NCBI GenBank assembly: GCA_964016885.1
Contig: OZ024741.1
Location: 279,868,001-279,932,000, forward strand
DNA: 64,000 nucleotides
Source: Eledone cirrhosa
Taxonomy: Eukaryota
Direction: 5' to 3'
This document shows positions 27,877 through 39,407 of the stretch, piece after piece. The first letter of the stretch is position 1. Each line of letters starts with the position of its first letter. The position numbers and the translations under genes are program-made. Below the pieces are notes generated by a model. The model ran no database searches. It was not told the origin of the DNA and saw only the letters and a program-made list of their open reading frames with translations.

Positions 27877-27949
27877 AGAGGTAAATATTTATATTATATT
27901 TTTTAATGTATTTTGAAAAATTGATTGAATTTTACTTGTTCTGCTTATC

Positions 27950-27984
<35 letters not shown>

Positions 27985-27988
<4 letters not shown>

Positions 27989-28375
27989 TCATCGTCACCG
28001 TTTTAAGTCTGTTCTTCTACGCTAGCATGGGTAAGACGGGTTGTCCTGTTGTGGGCAGTGTCCAGTCGGCTGACCTTGTCTTGCTCATACGGGAACTGAT
28101 TCTGGCTTGATTTCTACAGCTGGATGCCCTTCCTAACACCAGCCTCATTTACAGTGTGGGCTGGGTGCTTTTTTGCTGTGGCACCTCCACGACCACTTTG
28201 CAGTGGAATGATAGGGACCCCAGTCCTATCATCTCATTTCTACAGCTGAGTAAACTGGAGCAATGTGAAATAAAGTGTCTTGCTCAAGGAAACAACACAT
28301 CACCCGGTTTGAGAATTGAACTCACAACCTTTCGATTTCAAGCCCAATGCTCTAACCGCTAAGCCATGTGCCTTC
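27985..28375 (-). mobile_element. tRNA-derived SINE, full length, with RTE family B 3' end
   Basis: Reverse complement of the 18776 SINE; its 3' ~220 bp align with the RTE 3' UTR at 36216-36436. Confidence 0.9.
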
Positions 28376-28435
28376 ACATATATATGTATATCTACATACA
28401 TATATATATATAAATCTACACACACACATATATAT

Positions 28436-31330
28436 TATCATCATCATCATCATCGTTTAACGTCCATCTTCCATGCTTCCATGGGTTTGGACGGGAGGTT
28501 TCCCACTTGAGGCAAGATTTGTTGTCCTGCTCGTATAGGACTGTCTGGCGGGTTTTCTACGGCTGGATGCCCTTCCTAACACCAACCACGTTTACAGTGT
28601 GGACTGGGAGGTTTTTACCGTGTTACCTACACGGCCACATTACAGCATGGACTGTGTGTTTTTTTGTCGTGACACCTACAAGACCTCATTTGTTTCTGAC
28701 TGGATGTTGTGGTACCAACATAACTGCACATTTAAGGGAGTGGTGTGGATGGGGTGGAGGTAGTGGGACGGGGCGGGGGGGGGGTATTTTGTTAGAGGTG
28801 CCTACTGACTGTAGGTTTCGCTTTGTACTTAGGCAAGGCGAGTCTTCTGTATGACTGTGTAGCGCCAAAGATCTCGGTCCAGTGACATTGTCTTGGAGAG
28901 GTGTAAGTGTGTGAGGTCGGAATTTATCAAGTCGTCCCAGGTTTTTCTGGGTCTGCCTACTCCGTGGCTACCGTCTATTTTTATCGCCCCGCACTTTTTT
29001 ATACAGCTGTCGTCTTTCATGCGCATCACGTGACCGTACCAACGTAGTCTTCTCTCAAGTAAACAACATCTGATCCCTCTTATTCCTAATTTCTCCCTTA
29101 GTTCGTTTATGCTTTGCCGTTCACGTATATTACTATTACACATCCAGCGGAGCATGCAAGCTTCGTTTCTCTCCAGTCTGCGTATATCCTCTGCACACAA
29201 TGCCCAGGTCTCACTGCCATGTAACATTGCTGTTCGTATGCAGGCATCATACAACCTGCCTTTCATTTTTAGAGAGAACCCTTTAGCGGCCAATAGTGGT
29301 ATAAGCTCTCTGAACTTTTTCCATCCCGTTCTGACTCTAGCTACTGTACTTTCAGAGCACCCTCCCCCACTGCTGATTTTGTCACCCAGGTAACGGAAGG
29401 TGTCTACTATTTCTATAGTACCATCTGTGCAATGGAATGAGCTAGTATTGTGGGCGCTTGCCGTTACTTATTGCACCAGAGCACCGGCCACATATAAAAT
29501 CTATATTCTTAGTTAGCTTACCTGTGATCCCACTACATCTTTTATGCACCCATACTTTGCATTTGGGATATAAAATGGAGTTTCTGCCTACTCCTTTCCT
29601 ACACACTGAGCATGGCCATTTCCCAGATGGGACCGGTGCCCTATTTTCCTTCCTACAAACTAGAACTTTAGTCTTAGACAAGTTAACTTTAAGGCCTTTT
29701 GATTCTAGGCCGTGCTTCCATGTTTCGAATTTCTTCTCTAGTTCAGCCATTGATTCAGCTATGAGCGTTAGATCATCTGAATATAGGAGTTCCCATGGGC
29801 AGCCGGTTTTGAACTCCTCTGTTATAGCCTGAAGGGCAATAATAAATAGTAGGGGGCTAAGAACGGAGCCCTGATGAACACCAACTTTTACGCTAAACTC
29901 TTCACTATATTCGTTGTTAATTCTAACCTTGCTGACTGTTTCTTTATACATGGCTTGTATAGCTTTCACAAGCCATTCATCAACAACTAGTTTTCTAAGA
30001 GCACACCAGATAATGGAACGGGGGACTCCAAGTCGACAAAAGCTAAGTATAGGGGTTTACTTTTAGCTAGGTACTTCTCCTGTAGTTGTCGTACAATGAA
30101 AAGAGCGTCTGTGGTACTTTTACCTGACACAAACCCAAACTGCATTTCATCTAGATCAATTCGTACTCTGATTAGTTGCGCTATTACTTTTTCTGTGACC
30201 TTCATGACCTGGTCGATTAATTTAATGACTCTATAGTTACCCCTATCAAGAGCATCTTTACCCTTGTAGCAGTTAATGATGATGCTGCTATGCCAGTCCT
30301 TCGGAACGGCCCCATTCTGTATGACTTGGTTTACTATCCGGGTGACCATAGTGTGTCCCACCGTTCCAAATGCTTTCAGCATTTCAGCAACTATTTCCGA
30401 AGGCCCGGCCGCCTTACCCGTCTTCATATCTTTGATTGCCTTACTTATTATACTACCTTCAACTCGCACTGCTGGTCCCTCTATTGGATCGATGTGGGGG
30501 AGACTGTCTTTCTCCCATTTATTCTCCTCATTTAGTAGCCTTTCGTAGTGACACTTCCAAGCTACCTTCTTATCAGCGTCAGTGATGGCAAGTACACCAT
30601 CATCATTAAGGACACACTTCTCCCCAATAATATCACGGTTTTCCTTGACACATTGCCTAGCAATCCTGAACACCTCACGTTTTTGGTCCTCGCGTTGTAG
30701 AACATGCTTGAACTTTCTTTCCTCTGCTTCCCTTCTTGCGAAGTACACTTGTCTCCTAGCTTCCCCCCTGGCCACTTGATAGTCTTCTCTACTTCCCCCA
30801 TCCCGCCATACTTTCCAAGCCTGCTTTTTGGCCTTAATTGACTCCTCCGCCTTACTATTCCACCACCACGTTACTCTCCTCCTGCCTCTAGGCCTGCTCC
30901 AGCCACAAACTTCATCTGCCTCCTTCAGCAGGTTAGCTTTCAGGAATTCTCACTGTTCCTCTATATTGTACGATCAATTGCTCTTCCTTACTGTCTAAAG
31001 CATCAAGTAATATGCTTTTAAATTTATTACTGGCTGTGGGGTCCTTTAGCTTCCATATTTTTCTCCTGAGGATAGTCCTCCTCTGTTGTCGAGTACGTCT
31101 TGTCCTGACTATGAGGTCGCTGACTATGAGTCTATGTTGGGAGGTGCATTCTTCATGGCGGAGGGATTTAGAGTTTACAACAGACACTCTATCACGTCTT
31201 CTGGTAAGGATATAATCTATCTGACTGGCGTGTTCCCCTGATCTATAGGTGATCAAGTGATTGTCTCATTTTTTGAAGTTAGTGCTACAGATAGTTAGGT
31301 TATTTGCATCGCAGAATTCCAGGATTGAGT
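28436..31330 (-). mobile_element. RTE-clade LINE (family A), truncated within the APE endonuclease, multiple disablements
   Basis: EN motifs TYRSG...SQIDYIL...TSQHRL; RT motifs [24 protein letters not shown]; 3' UTR and (GAT)n tail at 28436-28455. Confidence 0.95.
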
Positions 31331-31979
31331 TTGGTGGGTGGGGACGGTGGGGCGCGGGGAGGGGTGAGGGGGATGGGGTTGGGATTATGTTGGCCATCCG
31401 CGGCTGAAACAAAGAGGAGTCATTGTCTTTTCGTCCGGCAGCATGTGGTGAATTTGTCTTTATCTTTAGCATTATCACTGAGTGTCCAGATTGTTCAGAC
31501 TCTCCAGAATTTCATAGTCCATCCATCATATCGGCAAGCAACCAGAAGTGATAGCATAGTCCGCTGGCTTATGATTGGTCCTAATAATAATGGAGAGTGG
31601 GGGTGGGTAGGAGGGGTATGGGGTAGTTAGCGAGAGGGTTTAAATGAAATCTTCGGATTTTGGGCATAATTGGAGAAGCATATAACAGTAATAATAAGCG
31701 AATAATGGGGTTTTAAAATACAAGAAGATTATTTAGAAACAACCAGACAGAATTATAGAATAGCATTGAGAGAGAGCAAAAGATACGGATATATGAATGA
31801 ATGGACCGATAGGCTGGAGAGAGATAAGAAAAATGGCATTTACATTATACTTCGCAGGGAACGATGGGGTCTGACCATTAATAAGCGTTGACAAATTCTG
31901 AGATTCGTACCTCGTAACAGGTTTATTTATTATATTAATTCAAAATATTAACAAAAATAGACATTCGTGTGATCAAATA

Positions 31980-32046
31980 TATTTTATTATACATATTTCA
32001 GAGGTACTGAGCTATCTTCAACAGTACGTCCTCATCAGATAAAATA
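31980..32046 (-). ncRNA. Minimal type I hammerhead ribozyme (Penelope-pLTR style)
   Basis: Minus strand: tattttat-CTGATGA-ggacgtactg...cagtacctct-GAAA-t(atgt)A-TA-ataaaata. 8-bp stem I, 9/10-bp stem II with G.U closure, 2-bp stem III, AUA site. Confidence 0.75.
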
Positions 32047-32130
32047 AGATGATGCATGACATACCCTGACTTAGTAGATGGTTAAGATTCACTCATTCTT
32101 TGATTTATTCATTGAACCTTGTTTAACCTT

Positions 32131-32177
<47 letters not shown>

Positions 32178-33114
32178 CTACATACATACATTTACGTATG
32201 TATATAGCTATGCATTTATACATTTGTATATATACATACATTTATATTTAAGTGTGTAAGAATATATATATATATGTGTGTGTGTGTATAATATATATAT
32301 ATTATACACACACATATTTTCTTTTTTCAGTCTGGTCTACCATGTTTGAGCCCCCTGTTGGAGATAGATAGATAGATAGACGTTTACCAAACACACACAC
32401 ATTTATTACTGTCTCTGTCCCCCCACCAACACTCTTTCTCTCTTCATTTATATATATATGGCGTTGTTATTTGGTGTTGTTGTAAAGAGCAGTGGCCTTT
32501 GACCTGGCAATAAAAACTGGAGACAAAATTCTTTCTGTACCAAAACCAAGGCACACACACAAGTTTGTGTGTGTGTGTGTGCACGTTTATGTGTGTGTGT
32601 ATCTATCTATGTATATATAAAAGGGATACAGATATTGCTTTCTCAGTCACCAAGTTTCTCAATTCATTCCTTGCTACTAAGTATTTTATTTTGCAATGTA
32701 CTATTTTCCCCCTGAGTTTGTGATTTCAGAGAAAGGTAAGAAATTCTTCATATTTTGCATTTTTTGTATTTTGACTTTACAGTTTCAATTGTCTATCCAC
32801 TCAAAATATTATAACAGCTAACAGTGAAATATAGAATTTAAAAATAAAAAGCTTTTTTGACTGAGATCAAATTTTTTTTAATTTTTATTTCAAAAATATA
32901 TAATTTGAAATAGCTTGCTTTTGTTTTGGACTTTTTTGTATTTAATTTGTATGAGTATTTTTTAAAGATTCTAAGATAACTTGATTTGGCCCAGTAATCT
33001 ACTGATATCAAAATCAGTAGTATATTGAAAAATGGAAAAATAGGGTAGGGGGCGTTTCGTGATTTCGAGGGGCGAAATGGGTTGAGAACCTTTGCTCTAC
33101 AGCATACCCTTAAA

Positions 33115-33304
33115 CAGGCATGCCAAACATGTGGCGCTTTGCAAGCACACCTGCAGCCTGCACAGAGGTTTTTACAGCGCGAACATGTTTTATCTTCGCA
33201 ATATAAAATTTAAAAAATTAGTTGTAATGTGTGCAATTAGTTGTCATGTGTGGCCCTCAGACAACACATGTGACCCACAAAGGACCCTCAGTTTGACATG
33301 TCTG
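33115..33304. mobile_element. hAT MITE, 190 bp
   Basis: TIRs caggcatgccaaac / gtttgacatgtctg; perfect 8-bp TSD cccttaaa at 33107-14 and 33305-12. Confidence 0.85.
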
Positions 33305-36213
33305 CCCTTAAAGATCCACAAAGATAGAAAGGGGTCTGTGAGCTTGTTGAGTTGACAAACCTTTCAAGGGGCTGTAATTCATTGGAAAAATTAATTAATA
33401 TAAACGAGTTCCTTCAGAGTGAAAAGGTTCAGAACCACTTTATTACACAATGAAAATATATAACTATATCAACATGATCTAGGAATTAGGAATTGAAAAT
33501 ATAGAATGACCACATGAGTGATTTATAAAGATTACATGCCAAACCACCTCTGGTTCTACAATACAAAGATGTTTATTTTTTAAATGTTTACATTTATCTT
33601 AAAACCTTCCACCAGCTTAATAATGAGCAAGTTATTTATATTACTAAACCCCCTCCAAATTCTTTATTATTTTTAAAATGAATTGAACATCATAAGCAGT
33701 GTCTTTTATTAGAAATATAGTAATGGAAGGGTTAACTAGAGTCAACAAAGTAATAAAAGGAAGCTAATTTAAGAATACTGGGCTGAGTATCATAACTAAA
33801 AGATAACATAACAATAGGCTGATTCAGTGATCAAGTGACTAAATTTTGGGGCTTGAAATCTAATGTGCCATAGCAGCAGATTTAAAACCTGCCTGAAGCA
33901 ACTTTAGCTAAGAAGCTTGCTTCACAACCACAAGATCCTATGCTTCATTACACAGCATCTCATCTTGGGGGTCTTCTATCATAATTTCTGTCAAACCAAA
34001 GCCTTGCAAGTGAAATTTGGCAGATGGAAATTGTGTGGAAGCCTTTTGGAGGAATGTGTGTGTTGGATGGCAAATGAAAAAGATAATCTGGTGCATAAAA
34101 TTAAAATATCTTTCAGTATTAAGTTCCACATTGGTTGACTCCCTTTAGATCTGTTTCTTCCACTCATCATCATTGTAATTTTAACACTCACTTTCCCTGC
34201 TAGAGGTTGATAAAAATACCAGATATGGACTGAGGGTTAATATTTTTGACTAAACTTCTTCGAGGCAGTGTTCCAATATAACTGCAGTCCAGAGACAGAA
34301 ACAAATAAAAGAATATAAAACTTGGCTGATTTGCACAATCAAAGCTAACAAGGCTGCAAGGCTGAAACACTCGACCAAAGCTAGTCTGAAACTCTCGACC
34401 AAAATTTTGTCAGAAACTTCTAAGCTGATAGGTAAAGCAGAATCTACCATGAGATTATTAGGCTGAATCTAATAGCTTGAATTACATAACTGAATCTAGC
34501 ACAAAACTGACTCCCAATTAACGATAATAGATTTTTCAGTTTGACTTATCTAACTGAAGCCAATGTTTTGTCTGACTAAAGCTTACATGTTTCTATGCTA
34601 ACCATTTCCTGTTCCTGAGTGAAACAAACATATATCATTATCATCGCCATTTTAACGTCCGCTTTCCATACTAGCAAGGATTGAACAGGTCTACATAAAC
34701 CAAGTCTGTAGCGGGCTACTGACCTACCAGACAGGCTAGGAGGTCTGTTCTTTTGCTTACATATGGTCCCATGTTCTACTGAGTGCAGAGGAGAGGATGT
34801 CATATATGTCTAATGTAATGATTTAGCAGAAAATGTCTAAAAAAACAAAAATTGTTAATTCAAATGTTTATTTCTTTACTATTGGAAAGAAAATTGTGAA
34901 AATTTACAATATCAGAGTAAGGACATTAATTTTTAATGTGTAGTCATCTTAATACTTTTCAAAAAATGTTTTGCTAATGCGGTTTTATGTGGTACAGGAC
35001 GTTAACAGTTTTTTTTTTTAAAAGGGGTTAATAAATAATATGATAAAAGGAACAACAGGAACTATTAAAATGAAATAAATTATCCTAAACGTCTTTAATT
35101 TTTAGCCACCGATAATGCACCTCATTTAATGTTTGGCTCTTGAGCTAGTTGCTATTGGCCCAAAATTAGATTTTATTGAGTAGACCTATGATCAAAACTA
35201 TTCTAGTGGTAACTATCCCACCTTTCCTTCAAACTGTATATAAAGAACTACTTTATCTAATGTGTTCTTTTAAAGATGGTAGGATTTTATACGAAGAAGA
35301 TTTGGCTACTATTTCTAATAGGTCAAGTTATGGTGCAAGAGACTCCCTCTTGAGCTAATAAAGGTTTATGTAAGCATTTTAATCCAGTGATATAATTAAA
35401 TACTTAAGATTGTGTGTGTGTGTGTGCATGCACGCATCGGCGTGCCTTGAATACATGAAAGAAATTTATTCTACAGGAGGATTCTTCAAGTGTGTCAACC
35501 TCCCTAGTGCTTGTGTTATGATAAAATGCACCTGGTGCACTCTATAAAGTACAGGAGCATAGGTAAGCAAGATGCACCCCACCTCCACCACCTCTGAGAA
35601 GTCAGTAGCACTGATTAAATACTGACTTAGCTGGTGTCGGTTTACTTGTCCAACTCTCGCTAGCAGGGAGATGTAGATGTTAAACGATGATGATGGCTGA
35701 AAGGTTTCCAAAAATACAACTAACTGCTTTGTGACTCTGAATGATCACTAATGCATGCTCTATAGTCAATAGAAACTCATTTCCTGCCTCCTCTTCTTCC
35801 TCCCCTTTTCTATTATACTTATCCACTAAAAATAACACCACAATAAAATGCTGAATAGTTGGTATTAATATCAGTAGTGTATTCAAAGGAAATTAGTCAC
35901 CAAGCTTTCTCAGGGATTTATATTAACACATAACCTTCTGGAAAGTTAATTTGTTCTATCACTTGCTGGAATGAAACTGAAATATTTTAAATCTTACAAA
36001 CAAATTGACCTGAAACAAGTGAAACCTAATTTCCAAGAATGCCTAATTTTTAGCTTGGAAAAGTATTAGCTTAACTCTTAATGTCATGTACTGCATGAAA
36101 AGAAAGACACTTTTGAAAAATACAATAAAACAGTATCACTGCATCATATTAAAAATATTTAAAGTCCTGACTTTAACTTACTGCAAATTTTCATAATCTG
36201 TCCACTAGTAAAA

Positions 36214-38278
36214 ATCATCATCATCACCGTTTTACGTCCGTTCTTCCATGCTAGCATGGGTTAAACGGGTTGTCCTGTTGTGGGCAGTGGCTGGTCGGCT
36301 GACCATGCCTTGCTCATACAGGAACTGATTTTGGCTTGATTTCTACAGCTGGATGCCCTTCCTAACACCAACCTCATTAACAGTGAGCGCTGGGTGCTTT
36401 TTTCCGTAACGCCTACACGTCCACTTTGCAGTGGGAGGGTGTGGGGGCATATTGTCTATATGCTTCAGCTTGTACCCATGGGAGGTCGGGTACTCTGTAT
36501 TACTGCGTGATGCCAGAGGTCACGGTCGTGTGTCATCGCCTTTGAGAGGTCTAATTGGGTAAGGTCAGCTTTTATCACCTCATTCCAGGTCTTCTTGGAT
36601 CTCCCCACTCAGCGGTTTCCATTGACTTCTAGTGCTCTGCACCTTTTTATGCAGCTGTCATCCTTCATACGCATCACATGTCCATACCAACGCAACCGCC
36701 TCACCTGCACACAGCATTTGATTCCTCTTATGCTCAGTCTCTCTCTCAATTCATTTATGCTTTGCCGTTTGCGTATATTACTATTACACATCCATCGGAG
36801 CATGCAGTCTTTGTTTCTTTCTAATCTACGTAAGTCTTCCACCTTCAGCGCCCAGGTCTCACTACCATGTAACATTGCTTTTCGGATACACGCATCATAC
36901 AGTCTGCCTTTCATTATGAGGGAGAAGCCTTTTGCAGCTAGCAGTGGCAGTAGTTCCCTGAACTTCTTCCATCCCGTTCTTACCCTAGTTATTGTACTTT
37001 CTGAACACCCACCTCCGCTGCTAATTCGGTCACCTAGGTAACAGAAGCTGTCTACTGTTTCTACAGAGCCCTCCCAGAGATTGGTGGTGCTTGTTTCCTG
37101 TTGCTGTTTGCTGCTTGCTGTCCCAGAACAGCTGCTACATGTGAAGCCTACATTCTTAATTAAGCTTCCTGAGATCCCGCTACATCTCTTGTGTACCCAT
37201 TGTTTGCATTTGGGGCAGAGAATGGAGTTCCTACCTACACCTTTCCTACATACTGAGCAAGGCCATTTCCCTGAGGGGATCTGGGTTCTGTTTTCTCGTC
37301 TACTTACAAGGACCTTAGTCTTTGTCATGTTGACTTTGAGCCCCTTTCTTTCTAGTCCCTGCTTCCAAGTTTGGAATTTCTTCTCTAGTTCTACCATATA
37401 TTCAGATATAAGTGCGAGGTCATCAGCATACAGGAGTTCCCATGGGCATCCGGTCTTAAACTCCTCCGTTATTGCCTGCAGGAATATGATGAACAGGAGA
37501 GGGCTAAGAACAGAGCCCTGGTGAACACCAACCTGTACGCTAAATTCCTCGCTATACTCATTGCTAATCCTAACTTTGCTGACTGCTCCCCTATACATGG
37601 CTTGTACAGCTTTCACAAGCCATTCATTTACTCCTAGTTTTCTAAGAGCCCACCAGATTATAGCACGTGGAACTCTGTCAAAGGCTTTCTCGAGATCGAC
37701 GAATGCCAGGTAGAGTGGCTTACTTTTAGCTAGGTACTTTTCCTGTAACTGCCTCACAAGGAAGAGGGTATCAGTGGTGCCTCTTCCTGGCACAAACCCA
37801 AATCGCATCTCATCTAGTTTCACCCGGTCCCTAATCAACTGTGCTATAACTCTTTCTGTTACTTTCATGACCTGGTCCATCAGCTTTATACCTCTATAGT
37901 TTCCACTATCTAGTGCATCACCTTTACCTTTGTAGCAGTTGACAATGATGCTACTGCACCAATCCTTTGGTATGACACCTTCTATTATTACCTGGTTAAC
38001 AATACGTGTGGTTATGGTGTGACCTACTGACCCAGATGCCTTCAGCATCTCGGCAGCTATACCCGATGGACCTGTTGCTTTCCCCGTCTCATTATCTTTG
38101 ATTGCCTTATTTACTATGCTGCTGCTGACTTGCACTGATGGCCCCTCTATAAAGTCTATTTGGGGTAGGGTCTCTTCTTCCCATGCATTCTCCTCATTTA
38201 GTAATCTATCATAATGGCTCTTCCATGCATCTTTCTTCTCAGCACTTGTGAGGGCAAGCTCACCTTTATCATTCCGGA

Positions 38279-38280
<2 letters not shown>
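36214..38280 (-). mobile_element. 5'-truncated RTE-clade LINE (family B, distinct 3' UTR)
   Basis: Long RT frame ([39 protein letters not shown]) with a frameshift near 36610; (GAT)n tail. The listed ORF start is read-through from a microsatellite. Confidence 0.95.
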
Positions 38281-38314
<34 letters not shown>

Positions 38315-38390
38315 CGAAGGAAATGTGGTAAGGAACCAGGTGGACCATAATGCACCAAAGTACTCAATACTTAGGGTAGTAGAGTGGGTA

Positions 38391-38513
38391 ATAGGAACGA
38401 GTAGGACCCCGGCGGCTGAGCTCAAGCCATTTCGACGGCTAATTCTCGACTCAATTTTGTCCAGAATTACCCGTCGAAACGGCTTGAGCTCAGCCGTCGG
38501 TGTCCTAGTCGTT

Positions 38514-38518
<5 letters not shown>
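38391..38518. repeat. ~56-bp-arm inverted repeat containing the 3' half of a hammerhead (GAAA-stem III-GUC)
   Basis: Arms 38391-38446 and 38463-38518; ...ccgtc-GAAA-cggcttgagctcagcc-GTC present; CUGAUGA absent; lies between (TA)n tracts. Confidence 0.7.
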
Positions 38519-38572
<54 letters not shown>

Positions 38573-38908
38573 TAAAATAACAGATTAAAGTTTAAGCAAA
38601 GAATCGCTGCTTTCACCCTTAACGGGATCTCTGAAACTAAAAATATCAATTATATATATATATATAATTAAAAAAAAAAGTTTTTTCGAATATTAATAGT
38701 AATATTCAATTCGTTTGCAATTATGCAAACAAGCCTCATTTTTAAAGCCATGTCAGTATAATGAGCCCCTCATTCTTGATCTCGTGTTGGCATGTAAAAA
38801 GAACTGCAGACACTAATGTTTCTGGGTACTAGTCTGCTAATATGAAAATCAAGCCAATCACTGTATATTTTAGAAAATATCATATATTTTCACTAGCTCT
38901 GACAGTTG

Positions 38909-38968
38909 AACAGTGAACTGTACTGATGAAGGGTAATACCTAGAAACATTAGTGTCTGCAGTTCTGTT
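38909..38968 (+). ncRNA. Type I hammerhead ribozyme
   Basis: aaca(gt)gaactgta-CTGATGA-a-gggt(aat)acct-a-GAAA-ca(ttag)tG-TC-tgcagttctgtt. 12-bp bulged stem I, GUC site (cleavage after 38956); non-canonical A.A at the base of stem II. Confidence 0.8.
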
Positions 38969-39348
38969 TACATGCCAACACAAGAGCAAAAATGAGGGAC
39001 TCATACTACGGACATGGCTTTAAAAATTAGGCTTGTTTGCATAATTGCAAATGAATCGATTATTATTATTAATATTCGAAAAACTCATATTACATTTACT
39101 GTATTCAGCCATGTAGAGCGAAAAAAAATTTTTTTTTATTTGAATGTGGCAAAGCTGGCCATTAATCGCTTGTATACAGGAAACTGACTGGGCAGTCTGC
39201 TGATATGCAAATCTGGCTGATCAGTGGATCTGCTAATATGCAGATCTGACTGATCAGCCAGTCTGCTAATATGAAAATCAGGCCGATCAGTCACTGTATA
39301 TTTTAGAAAATATCATATATTTTCACTAGTTCTTACAGTTGGCAGGTG

Positions 39349-39407
39349 AACAGTGAACTGTACTGATGAAGGGTAATACCCAGAAACATTAGTGACGTAG
39401 TTCTGTT
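39349..39407 (+). ncRNA. Mutated hammerhead ribozyme copy (GUC>GAC), probably inactive
   Basis: Same core and stems as 38909, but U16.1 is replaced by A and stem I has a 1-nt deletion. Confidence 0.7.

Larger units (their letters stand above)
27210..27956 (+). mobile_element. Non-coding HHR-bearing element: partial tandem dimer with 252-bp direct repeats, 495-bp period (retrozyme or non-autonomous Penelope-like)
   Basis: 27210-27461 is almost identical to 27705-27956; each repeat holds a complete HHR; no credible ORF; ends in (TA)n. Confidence 0.8.
26878..33094. mobile_element. hAT-type non-autonomous element expanded to 6.2 kb by nested insertions
   Basis: 14-bp TIRs ctaaggttctcaac / gttgagaacctttg (13/14 match) and a perfect 8-bp TSD ctctacag at 26870-77 and 33095-102. 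Confidence 0.75.

Noticed and set aside
36595-37524. Plus-strand ORFs antisense to RTE copies (also at 29109, 48361 and 50344)
   Set aside because: Shadow frames of the RTE coding strand with no independent homology.
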